Origin: Dimorphilus gyrociliatus
Taxonomy: Eukaryota > Animalia > Annelida
Length of the DNA stretch: 64,000 nucleotides
Assembly: GCA_904063045.1 (NCBI GenBank)
Contig: CAJFCJ010000029.1
Location: forward strand, 1 to 64,000
Direction of reading: 5' to 3'
This document shows positions 42,501-54,500 of the stretch, piece after piece (positions within the stretch are counted from its first letter, which is position 1; each line of letters opens with the position of its first letter). The notes under the pieces were generated by a model, which saw only the letters and a program-made list of their open reading frames with translations, had not been told where the DNA came from and searched no databases. Position numbers and translations under genes: made by a program.

Positions 42501-45500
42501 ACAGATTTAACAACTGATAGGCGCACGCTATATCTGGTAATATCTTACATATATAAAATTAAAAATGATATATGTTGAATTCTTCTCTTGTAGTTGAAAG
42601 TTACAGTAGCATCAATAACAGAGAGTCACCGTCAAACAACCGCAACCGTTGCTATCAATGTTGAAAGAAACGTAAACGAACCAAAATTTAAACAGAATAA
42701 TTACAGATTTAGCTTAGCCGAAAATACTCCATTGGGAGAGAGTCTCTTCTCGGTTAATGCAACAGATGACGACGGTGATATAATCAAGTACAGCATTGTT
42801 GGAGATGAATTGGCTAAAGAATATTTTTTCATTGAATCAACAACTGGTTCCGTAACTTTGAAAAAACATTTGGGAACAGGAACATTTAAAACAGTCAATG
42901 TATGTAAAGAAATAATAGATAAATGATTATTATTAATTATTTTAATTAATAATTTCAGTTATTGATCGAAGCATCAGATCAAGCTTTACCAGTTCCATCG
43001 GTTAAAGTTGCTCAAGTAACAGTTTCGGTTAAACGAGACGCTAGCTTCCCAAGATTCAATAGACAAGAGTATGTGTTTACAATCAATGAAGATAAGGCTG
43101 TTAACAGTTCTGTTGGAGAAATAATTGTAACAGATAACGACAAAGCGGGGAATCTTGTTTTTCAAATTGAAAATATTCATCCCGCTCTATCTTTTTTCCG
43201 TGTTGACATCCTCCGAGAGGGTGAAGCACGTATTGTCGTTGCTAGATCACTAAAAGAGGAAAGCCTTCAACTAACAAGCTATAAAATCATAATAAAAGCC
43301 TACGATACATCTTATCCGAATAACATTCAAGAAGTCGATTTTATAATAAATGTGAGAAGGAATATAAATGGTCCAACATTCAATCCAAGTAGCTATAGAA
43401 AGGAGATACTAGATAAACATCGAATTGGCGAAATAATTCTCCGAATATCCGCATCCGATCGCGATGGAGTAAGTTAACGTTTTACTAAACACATTACTCA
43501 ATACCGCTAACTTATTTTTTTTTTTAAATTTCCAGGATTTAATTAAGTATAGACCATTAAATCCTGATAATTCTGAATGGGAATACTTCTTCTTAGATGA
43601 AACTAATGGTACTTTGACTATTAGAAAGAGTTTGTCTGGAATTGAAAAAGAATTTTTGGTAAACTTTATATAAAGACTTAGAAAATAAGGAATTAATTCA
43701 TTAACTTATATTTCATTTTTATTAGTTACAAGTTCAAGCGTATGATCCTAGGGGAAGAGCAGTAAACGGAACAATATCAGTAATAGTTAAGAGGGATAAC
43801 TCACCGCCAATATTTGAGGATGTTATTATACCAAAACCAATATCAGAAAATTCTGCCAACGGCTCGGATATTCTCGAAATCCAAGTCAACGATCCTGATA
43901 GAAAAGGGGATATTCAATTTGAAATTATTGGATTCGATCCAGCTCAAAAATACTTTTCAGTTGAACCAATATCCAATACTGGAAGAAGTAAGATAGTTAT
44001 AGTTAAAGACCTCAAATCCGATCCATTGAAATTATTATCATACTCGGTAAGTTATTAAACAATACAATATTAAATTGCTAATCCTTTTTTGATTGTTTAC
44101 ACAGTTGAGAATTAAAGTTTACGATTCGGCAAGCCCAGATACTTTCAGCTACTACGATGTTGACATTCCTATCTCGAGAAATGAATTCCGCCCCGAATGG
44201 AGAAATACACCATACACGAAGGAAATCTCTCAAGATTTCCCAGTTGGAGATTCGGTTACGAAAATTGAGGCGATAGATTCAGATAAGGTAAGCGTCTGTT
44301 TTAAAATGCTATACTATAAAACCTATATTTCCGTTTTAATAGGATGACGTAATTAAATACTCGATTTATAATAACGATGAAGCGCCAACTGTAAAAGAAT
44401 TCTTTTGGTTGGATCCATCCACCGGAGTTATATATCTAAGGAAACAACTTGACAAGATAGAGAGGACAATCTACTCTTTTGAAGTTCAGGCATCTGATCA
44501 AAATGTACCTGAGAAGACGGCTATAACAAATGTACAGATCATTGTGGCCAGAAATGAATATCCTCCGTCCTTTGATTTTGATACCTATACGCGAACAATT
44601 AATGAACAAGCTGCAATTAATTCATCTGTAATAGGCATCAACGCGAACGATAGAGACAAAAAAGGAACAATAATGTATGAAGTTGTTGGAATTTTGTCGG
44701 CTCCAACATATTTTTGGCTAGATAACAGACAAGTTCGAGTACTGAATGATTTAAGAAGTGACCTATCGGTAGAGTATAAGTTAAGAATAGCTGCTTATGA
44801 TTCTGCTGATCCAAGTACGAAAGCGTACACAACGGTTGTAATAACAGTTACGAGGAATGCTAATGCTCCAAGATTTAATCCCTTCACCTATAGTGCACAC
44901 ATTATTGAAGAATTCCCTATCGGAGGAAAAATTGAAACTGTTAGTGCATCAGATTCGGACCAAGATACTATCTCTTACAAATTAGTAGGCCCAAGAACAG
45001 CATTATCCTTCTTCTATGTGAATCCAACTTCGGGTAGTGTTTACCTTATAAGAGAGCTAAAAGACTTAGATACCAGACCATTAGTGGTAAGAATTTAGAA
45101 TACCTAAATCTCAATTGAACAGGTTATTTATATTAATGTTATATGTATATTTATTAGTTGACGATCGAAGCATCGGATAATAGAGTACCTGTACCTAAAA
45201 AAGTTAATACAACTCTATCAATAACAATAACAACTGACGAACAACCGCCAGTATTCGTGAATTCTCCATACACGACTCTCATAACCGAAAATCAAGAAGT
45301 TGATAGCTACTTTTATTCATCAGTTACAGCCACAGATGCTGATCTTAAAGACGAAATTAGGTACCAGCTTGTTGGAGATATTATTGCCTCGAGCTTCTTT
45401 ATGATAGAAGAAAATACTGGACGAATTGGAATAAAACAGAGTTTAAAGACAGATCCTTTACAGCTTGCTTCTTATACATTAGTCTTAGAAGCTTATGACA

Positions 45501-48500
45501 GCGCAAATCCGAGGAGAAGAGCACAAACAACGGCAACTGTTCAAGTCAGACGAAATGTCTTCCCACCCCGTTTTGATCAGAATCAGTATAATGTAGCAGC
45601 AAACGAAAGCCTGCCTCTTGGACAAGTAATACTTAAAGTTGAAGCCGATGATAGAGATAAGGTAAGAAGAAAAACGAAAAATAATAAATTTAATAAATTA
45701 AAATATTTCAATAGGATCAATTGGAATATTCAATAATTGGTAATGAGAAAGCTTTGGAATATTTCCATATTAACCCAAGAACAGGAGAGATTTCACTAAA
45801 TAAACCCCTAAATAAAGATAATGATGAGAATTATCTTGTAAGTCTTTTAAAATTTAAAAAGTAGAGCTTTCTGTCTAATGATAAATGAATATTTTTAGAT
45901 ACAAGTAGAAGTTAAAGATGGTGGAAAACCCGAGCAAAAAGCAATTACGAATGTAAGAGTAAAAGTTAAAAGAAATAAGAATATGCCAACATTCGATGCG
46001 GAGATTAATGCAAATGTTCCAGTTAATACTAAAGTTGGTGCGGTAATATCATCTGTATCTGTATCGGATCCAGATTTATCTGGCAACCTCATTTACGAAA
46101 TTTCGGGTGATGATACAGCAAAATTGTTTTTCTCTATTAATAGTAATGGTGAAATTATACTCAAAAAACCATTAACCGATGATAATTTAAGAAATTTACA
46201 ATATAAGGTAACACTTTGATAATTTTAACTGATTAATGAATGATAATACATGTTAAATCATTGAAATTTAATTAGCTTAAAGTATCAGTCTACGATTCAC
46301 ATTTCCCGAGAGATGTTATCTCTACAACTGGAACTATTGATGTCAATCGTAATGCCAATCCGCCACAGTTCGATTCTAGCAATTATAATTTTGAAATAGC
46401 TGAAGATACTGATATCGGAGCATCTGTATTTAAAGTATCAGCAAACGATCCTGACGGAGTAAGTTTTTATATTACTATATCTACAGTATCAAATTACTCT
46501 TTTCGTTTCATTTTGAAAATAGGGAAATGTTACTTTTATGATAAATGATGAGACTGTTTATCAAAAGTACTTTTACATTGATCCACATTCTGGTGTTATT
46601 AAATTGAGGAATTCGATCCTAAAAACCCCTGAGAAAAATATGGTTATTGTTGTTGAAGCAACTGATTCTGGAAAGCCGATTCAAGTGGTTAAAGCTAGAA
46701 TTAATATTTTTATCAAAAGGGATGAATATCCTCCAGAATTTGTTAATCTTCCAAATACAACAAAAATTACTGAAAATCAAGAGATTAATGGAGTATTTTT
46801 TATAGCCAAAGCCAGTGATCCTGATTCTATTACTCAAGAAATGAACTATGAAATTGTCGGCTATCCACCAGCCGATCAATATTTCCAAATAAATAAGGAA
46901 AATGGTGAAATTAGTGTTCAGAAGAGCTTGAAAGAAGATCGCGGATTAGATTATATACTAAGAATTGGATCTTACGCAACTGTAAAACCTGCACAGAAAG
47001 TTTTCCAAGATTTGACAATTACTGTACAAAGAAATGTTTACAAACCGCAGTTTACGCAAACTCAATACGAGAAATCGGTAAAATCAACTCAAGCGCTTGG
47101 TGATGTAATTCTTACTGTAAATGCTACTGATCGGGATCAGGATGTTTTAACGTATACCCTAGAAACTGAATCTTGTAAAGAATACTTCTTTATAGACTTC
47201 AGAGATGGAAACTTGAGATTAAGTAAACTATTACCTGCTGATAATTCCATAAAGGAATTCGATTGCATAATCAAAGCCAATGATGGCGGCTATCCTACGC
47301 CTCAAACAACTACTGTTCCTGTAAAAATCACTGTTCAACCGTCCAACTTAGTTCCCGTAATTGATCCAGTTCAGAGCATTGAAATTGAAGAATCAGTACC
47401 AGAAAATACTATAATCCAAAGTGTTAAAGCAACGTTGCCTTCAGTTAGCGTGAGTTGAAAAAATATAATATCTAAACTATTTATATACTCTTATCATTAA
47501 TGGGTTTTTGTATAAAACATCTTCATTTTATCTTATAGGGAGAATTGAAATATGAAATAGTAGGCGATTATCCATCACCGGACTTCTTTGGTATAAACTC
47601 ACAAGGAGAAATAACAATAACAAGAGATTTAAGAAAGGATAGTCTACAATTGAACGCCTATAGAGTAATTATTAAAATAATTCGTAGAATCTTTATGTGA
47701 TTTCAACCCATTTTTATGTTATTAGATAAAAATTGAAGTTTACGATAGTGCTACTCCAAATGCAAGAGCAAAAACAGAATTCTCAGCAACTGTTAAACGT
47801 AATGTTAATAAACCATCCTTCGAGAAGGATACCTATCAAATATCAATTAATGATACATGGAAGCAAGGAGATCTTGTTGCTGAAATAAAAGCAACAGATA
47901 AAGATAACGAGACTATTACATATTCCATTGTTGGTGATGATAAATCGATCATATACTTTCATATCGATCAAAATACTGGAAAGTTATCGGTTCGAAGACC
48001 ACTATCTGAAGACAATACCCAAGTGTATGAAATAACTATTCAAGCCAAAGATAAAAGAGGTCATTTGAGCTTTGCTAAAGTTACTGTTCAAGTTCCACGA
48101 GATCTCTACCTCCCAGTATTTGAGGCTGACAATGATCCAACTGTAATTGTCGAAGGAGTAAAACCAGGACTAGTTGTTAAAACTGTAAGAGCGAATGATC
48201 AAGACCTAAAACAAAAGATAAAATACGGAATGGATGGCTATTTCCCATCAGACATTTTCTTTGAAGTAGATGAAAATACTGGAGAAATAAGGGTAAAGAA
48301 AAGTCTAAAAGATGATAATTTAGGAAACCAAAAATATATCGTAAGTTAAATTTGCTACTTAGAATGAGAGATATCTAATCTTTATCATTTTCAGCTGCAT
48401 ATGTACGCCTATGACACTCAATTTGAGGATAGAAGAGGATATGCTAATTTTACAATTACTATTAGAAGAAATCCTAACGCACCTCAATTCAAGGAAGATG

Positions 48501-51500
48501 TTTATGAAAAAACTATGCCATTAACCACTCCTATTGGAGAAGAGATCGTTCAAATAGAAGCCACTGATGGAGATAATGTACAAATCTATTATCCCTTTAA
48601 CATTCTCCTTATAGTATTCTGTATTATTTATTTTTCACTCCAGGATAGGATTATCTACTCAATTGAAACAGAACAAGGATCAACAATTGATAGTCTTTTC
48701 TTCATTAACCCCGATACTGGTCGAATAATATTAAGAAAATTATTAGTTGGAGTAGCAGAAAAATCATTTGAAGTTTGCCTTTAATTTATAGATATACTCT
48801 CTTAAATGACCAAACATAAAAACATATTTATTACTTTCCCACAGTTTTTAGTGAAGGCTGAAGATAGCAGAGGAAGTTCATCATCAGTTGTCGTTAGATT
48901 AACAATCGGAGATAAAAATGAACCACCAGCGTTTGATAAAGAAATTAACAAATTTACTTTATCGGAGAATAGTCCAGTTAATGAAAATGTTATACAGATT
49001 GCAGCCACCGATCCTGGTTCTTATACTAATTTACTTAGCTTGTAGCTATTTTTAAATAATCTATTAATCTCTATTATAGATTTGTTCGGACCAATGGTCT
49101 ACGAACTTAAAGGAGTTAGACCAGGTTCAGATTATTTCGGCATTAGGACAATAAACAATATTGGTCATATTTACTTATTGCAAACTATCGAAAATGATTG
49201 GACCCAAATATATACGGTATGTTTAAATAAGTTGAATTATTTATAGCATAACAGTAACTTTAATAATAATTTGATAGTTACGTATTGTGGCCTATGATCA
49301 ACAATACAATTACCTAAAAGCTGAGACGTTGGTTGAAATAACAGTTGAAAGAAATCTTAATAAACCTGTGTTCAAATCTTCCAATATCCGAGTATCTGTT
49401 AATGAACACGATCCTCTTGGAAAAAATATTACTCAAGTTTCCGCCACTGATGCTGATGTTCCAGTAGGATTATTTTGTAAATTATATAATCACATATCTT
49501 AATCTTTAACTGTATTTCTCAAGGGTCCAAAATCCCAGATTTCCTACGATATTATTGGTGACCATCCAGCAGACAGCTTATTTGCTATACATCCAAAAAT
49601 TGGTTACATTTTCATAAAAGAACCATTAACCGAAAAGCCAGAAAAATTATACATTATTAGTGTTGTTGCAAGAGATAATGGCATACCTCCTCAATCATCA
49701 GTAGCAACTATCAGAGTAACAGTTGAAAGAAACGATCTTAGCCCTGTTTTCCCTATTAGTTCAGACTATTCTAGAACAATTGGTTTCCGATGGGCAATAG
49801 GATCAAGAATAGTTCGTCTTGAAGCAACAGACGGAGACGAAGAGGTTTGACAATTAATAACAAATTGGAACCCAACTTACTTTTTCATTAAACTTTTAGG
49901 GACCAAATAGTATTGTGTCTTATAAAATAGCAGAAGCAAATAACGAAACAATTGAATATTTCATGGTTGAAGAAGAAACCGGATGGATAAGTCTGAGAAA
50001 AGACTTATCAACAAGCGCAACAAACGAATTCAAAGTAAACTTATACTGCAATATTAAAAATATTCGTTCTAAATTAGCCATCTTCTTTTACAAACTAGAT
50101 GAGCGTCATCGCATATGATCACGGTAAACCATCGAAAGAAAGTCAAAAGAAAGAACTAACTATAACAGTATCGAGAAATTCCACAACACCTATTTTCAAA
50201 CCTACTGACTACGAGGCTGAAGTTGGTGAGAGTCAAGCTGTTAACTCAGAGATAAAGATCAACCCACCACTCCATGTTATTGATAGCGATAACGTAATTA
50301 TTAATTAAAAATAAGGGGGAAAATAGACCAGAATGATTAATTTTGTTTCTTTTTCATCGTATAGTGCGGTCTCCTATATTCAATAATTGGACTTGACAAA
50401 GCTCAAAATTTATTTAAAATCAATCCAGGTACAGGAAAGATAACTATTGGTAAAGATTTGAGATTGGATCACGAACCATCTTATACTGTAATTTTTTCCC
50501 TTTCTTTTGTTTGTACACGAAAAGATATACACGTAATTTATTATTTTTATGTAGATAAAAGTAGCTGTTCAGGACGAATGCGACAAACAAAATACGGCAA
50601 TTGCTCAGATTAAAGTAAACGTGAATAGAAATGAAAATTCACCAATATTTAGCAACGAACCATACGTAAAGAGTGTGGGAGAAGATATATCTATCGGTGA
50701 AGAGATAATAACTATAACAGCAACAGATGAAGATGAAGGAAAGGCAGGAGAAATTAGATATTCTATTGTTGAAGATGACTCCTCAGCAAATATTACTGAT
50801 CTATTCTTCCTTAATCCTCAAACTGGAGTTGTCACAATCATCAAGAGTTTACTCGATGATCCTAACAAGAGACAAGTCTATAGAATAACGGTTCAGGCTG
50901 CTGATCAGAGTTTAGTTCAGAAATCAACAACTGCAATAGTTAGAATCAACGTCAGAAGAAACTTATATGCACCAGTTTTTGACAAACCTTCATACAATGC
51001 TGAAATAAGTGAAAATGCCAAAGTTAACGACATTGTTTTGAATGTTAAAGCCACTGATTCTGATGACGCAACTGTAAGTAATGAGTATATTATAATGATA
51101 ATATTAAATCAAAACCGGAATATTTTTATAGGGTGAAAATTTAACATACGAGCTAATTGGAGGAAATGACGCTGGTATAGGATTATTCCAAATAGGTAGA
51201 AGATCGGGTGTTCTCTCTGTTAAAAATCCTTTATCGACAAGTTCCCAAGAGTATTTCAATGTATGATGATTTATTTATTATTGATATACTTTCGCATATT
51301 AACTAGAAAATTTAATTTTTTATCAGTTTATGGTTGAGGTGAAGGACGGAGGCTCTCCTGAAAGATCGGCCAGAGCTCCTATTTCTATAAGAGTTAAAAG
51401 AAATGAATTTCAACCAATTTTTGAAAGTCCAACCTACACAAAAGTTGTTAATGAATTTATAAGAGTTGGAGCTAATGTTCTCACTGTAAAAGCTGTAGAC

Positions 51501-54500
51501 AAGGACGATAGTTCAACAAGATCTGGAACTATTGAATATTTCTTGGAAGACATAGAAAATTCAGGAGAGAACGTAATTCAATATTTCTCTATTTGGAGAT
51601 CGGAAGGAAGAATAGTTATTGCCAAAAATCTTCATGAGGATGTATCTAAGCAGAGAACATACATGTTCAATGTTATCGCTAGAGATCAAGGAATACCATC
51701 TAAGAGCAATCGCACAAAAGTCGAGATAACTGTAAGACGCAATGACAACAAACCGATTTTCGAAAAGAGTCCATACAAGTGGTCTGCTAATGAATTAGAT
51801 CCTATCGGTACAGTCGTAGGGAAAGTTAGAGCCGTAGACGCCGACATTGAATTTCAACCTGACGTAAGTGTTTATATAACTAACACTTTCTGGGTGATAA
51901 CAATTTTATCTATCGAAAGTGAAAGTAATCACTAGGTGTCGTTACTGACACCTATTTAAATGCTGGTATGTTAGAACGTCACTAACAGTAACATTTCTCC
52001 ATCAGGCACCGAACTCGAAAGTTACCTATAGATTATCGGCATTTTCTGGAGGATTGGAATACTTTGCTCTAAATTCAAAAAATGGTGAAATCTCCGTTGC
52101 TAAATCTCTATTCGCAGATCCCGATGCCGTATTACAATATATGGTAAAACATATGCGCTAATCTATTTAACACAATTTATAATATTAGCCAATAATCCAT
52201 TAGCTTAAAGTCTTTGCTGAAGATGGCGGAAACCCAATGCAAACTGATCAGGTGGATGTTCTCATCAACGTTACCAGACCAACAACATCAGTTGTTGGTA
52301 AATTGGGATTTGCTAAATCGTTATATCTGTAAGTAGCGTAAGCGTTTAAATCTTTCCACTAGTTCTAATATCTAATTATCCAAACAGAAAAGAAGTAATG
52401 GAAGATATGACACAAAACAGAGAAGTTGAAAGATTACAGGTTGTTAATCTTAAAACAAATCAAACTGCTGAATGCCTTATTCAATCCGGAAATGACGAAA
52501 GTATAACAAAAGATATTCCAATGATACATCAATTTAAATGATAAAAACATATATACTAATGCATTCTTTCTTCCCACATTCTTCTTTTCTAGATAAATTT
52601 TCAATAGAGATAAACAAGAATCAAACCTATTGTACCATTAAACTAGATGGAGAGCTGGATAGAGAAAAGAAACAGAAATATATCCTATCAGTCATCATTA
52701 AAAATAAAAATAAAAATACCGGTACCAATCGAAAAAAGCGAGATGGTGTGTCATAACTTTTCCTTTCTATAACATTTTAGATATAATATACACCTATACG
52801 TATAATCATTGTTTAACCCACACAAGTAACTAGTCACGTTGTTCGTCATTCTATTCAGGAACTTGTCTCCCCTTTTTTATCTGATTAGATAAACTTAAAT
52901 GTTTATTTAATGCATATCTATATATGTTGTTTAAATGTATGTATATAGTAGTTATATTTATTAGTATTACCGAATAGTATTCTTAATTGCTATATAACAA
53001 AAACATCCTTTTTTATTGTTATATAGCAATATGCACATAGATCACCATATAGCGTTACTGTAGATTTAACATATGTCTTTTTGGCACATAAAAATTGTTA
53101 CTTAATTGACGAATTGAATATTGATTATATACTTTTAATTTGCAGTTGTAGCCACTGGTTTTAATAGGATAAGAGTAATAATTGAAGTGCTTGATGTCAA
53201 CGATTCACCACCTGAATTTATAACACCGGATTACAGTCCTTTGAACTTGAACAACGTCTACGTTACAGCTGTTCCTAGGGAAATATCAGCACCTAGTAAT
53301 ATAATACAGATAAAGACTATCGACAGAGATTTGGGCGTTAATAAAGAAGTGACTTACTCAATATTAAGTAACGACGTACCTTTTAAAATCGACACAAACG
53401 ATGGACAAATATCGAATCTAAAGGAATTTACGAAAGAGGATAGTTTCTTTGAATTTTCAGTTAGTGCGTCTAATTCAAAATCGGATGTTAAGTTATTATC
53501 AACTGCTAAGACTTATGTAAGTTTAATAGATTGATTAAATTAAATTAATTGACTAATTAATTTCTATTTGTCTTTAATTTAGATAAATCTAATTGAAGAA
53601 AAGCATAGAATAGTCCTTGTATGGGAAAATCAAGCTGTTGAAGATGTTAGTCAGAGATTGAATGATACTAAAATGTAAGTTTCTTATTGAATATGTATAA
53701 ATAGTGAAACATTAAATTGTTCAATCTTCTAGAGCTCTTCAGAGATTATCCAATAAGATAATCGTAATTGAAAAACTAACACCAAGAACTTATTTTGCTG
53801 GCGGTGATGAGAAAGTTGAAAAAACTGAGTAAGATCTCCCATTGATTATTCAATTAAAAAGAGTAATTATTTATTCTTATTTACAGTACGGATATGTACT
53901 TTGTCGCCATATCGCCCACAACTTTTAAAATCTTGGAAACCGAAAGTGATGAAGTAAGCCAGTAAGTAACAAATGCTAAGATTTTGTAGAGTTTGTTTTT
54001 AAATATCCTTTGTCATCTATTACACCAAGCGTTATATGAAACGAAAACAGAGCAAAACCAAAACCAACAAGTGTCATACCGAGAGCTACTATAATAGATA
54101 ATAATAAATATATAGTTATTCTTCTTTTCTTCTCTTCTGCTCGTTGCATAGCCTCCAGAACCCTCGTTCTTCTTACTCTTTCAACTTTTATTGGAGTTGC
54201 TAGGGCGTCCCATACAAAATCATCTTCTTTAGATACTAACTCAGTTTGAGATTTTAGAGAAAAGGTCGCTCTCCACCTTCGCATTATTCATTTAGTAATA
54301 ATTATGAATTACGAATTATATAATAATTTGAATTTTTAAAACAGATCTTTCACATCATCGGTGGCGATTACTAATATAAAGAAAGAGATGGAAACTCTTG
54401 GACTAAATATTCAAAGTGTGAGAACTGCCTATCCAGTTGTCGGTGCAATTACGGGAAAAACGTACGAAAGCTATGACGAAGCTCCTTGGATTGCCCTAAT

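Noticed and set aside
22921-49008. Several minus-strand ORFs over cadherin exons (e.g. 22921, 34660, 36451, 46619, 48802)
   Set aside because: Antisense shadows of coding exons, unlike the intronic ORF at 53976-54284.
22975-52300. Fat, Dachsous or CELSR assignment for the giant cadherin
   Set aside because: No EGF, laminin-G or 7TM domains are seen between the last EC and the single TM; the termini resemble PCDH15/CDHR instead.
52746-53145. Possible hidden exons in the 400-nt intron after the furin site (e.g. 12 nt at about 52965, or 45 nt at 52781)
   Set aside because: Weak donors or an implausibly short (35-nt) flanking intron; not supportable without reads.
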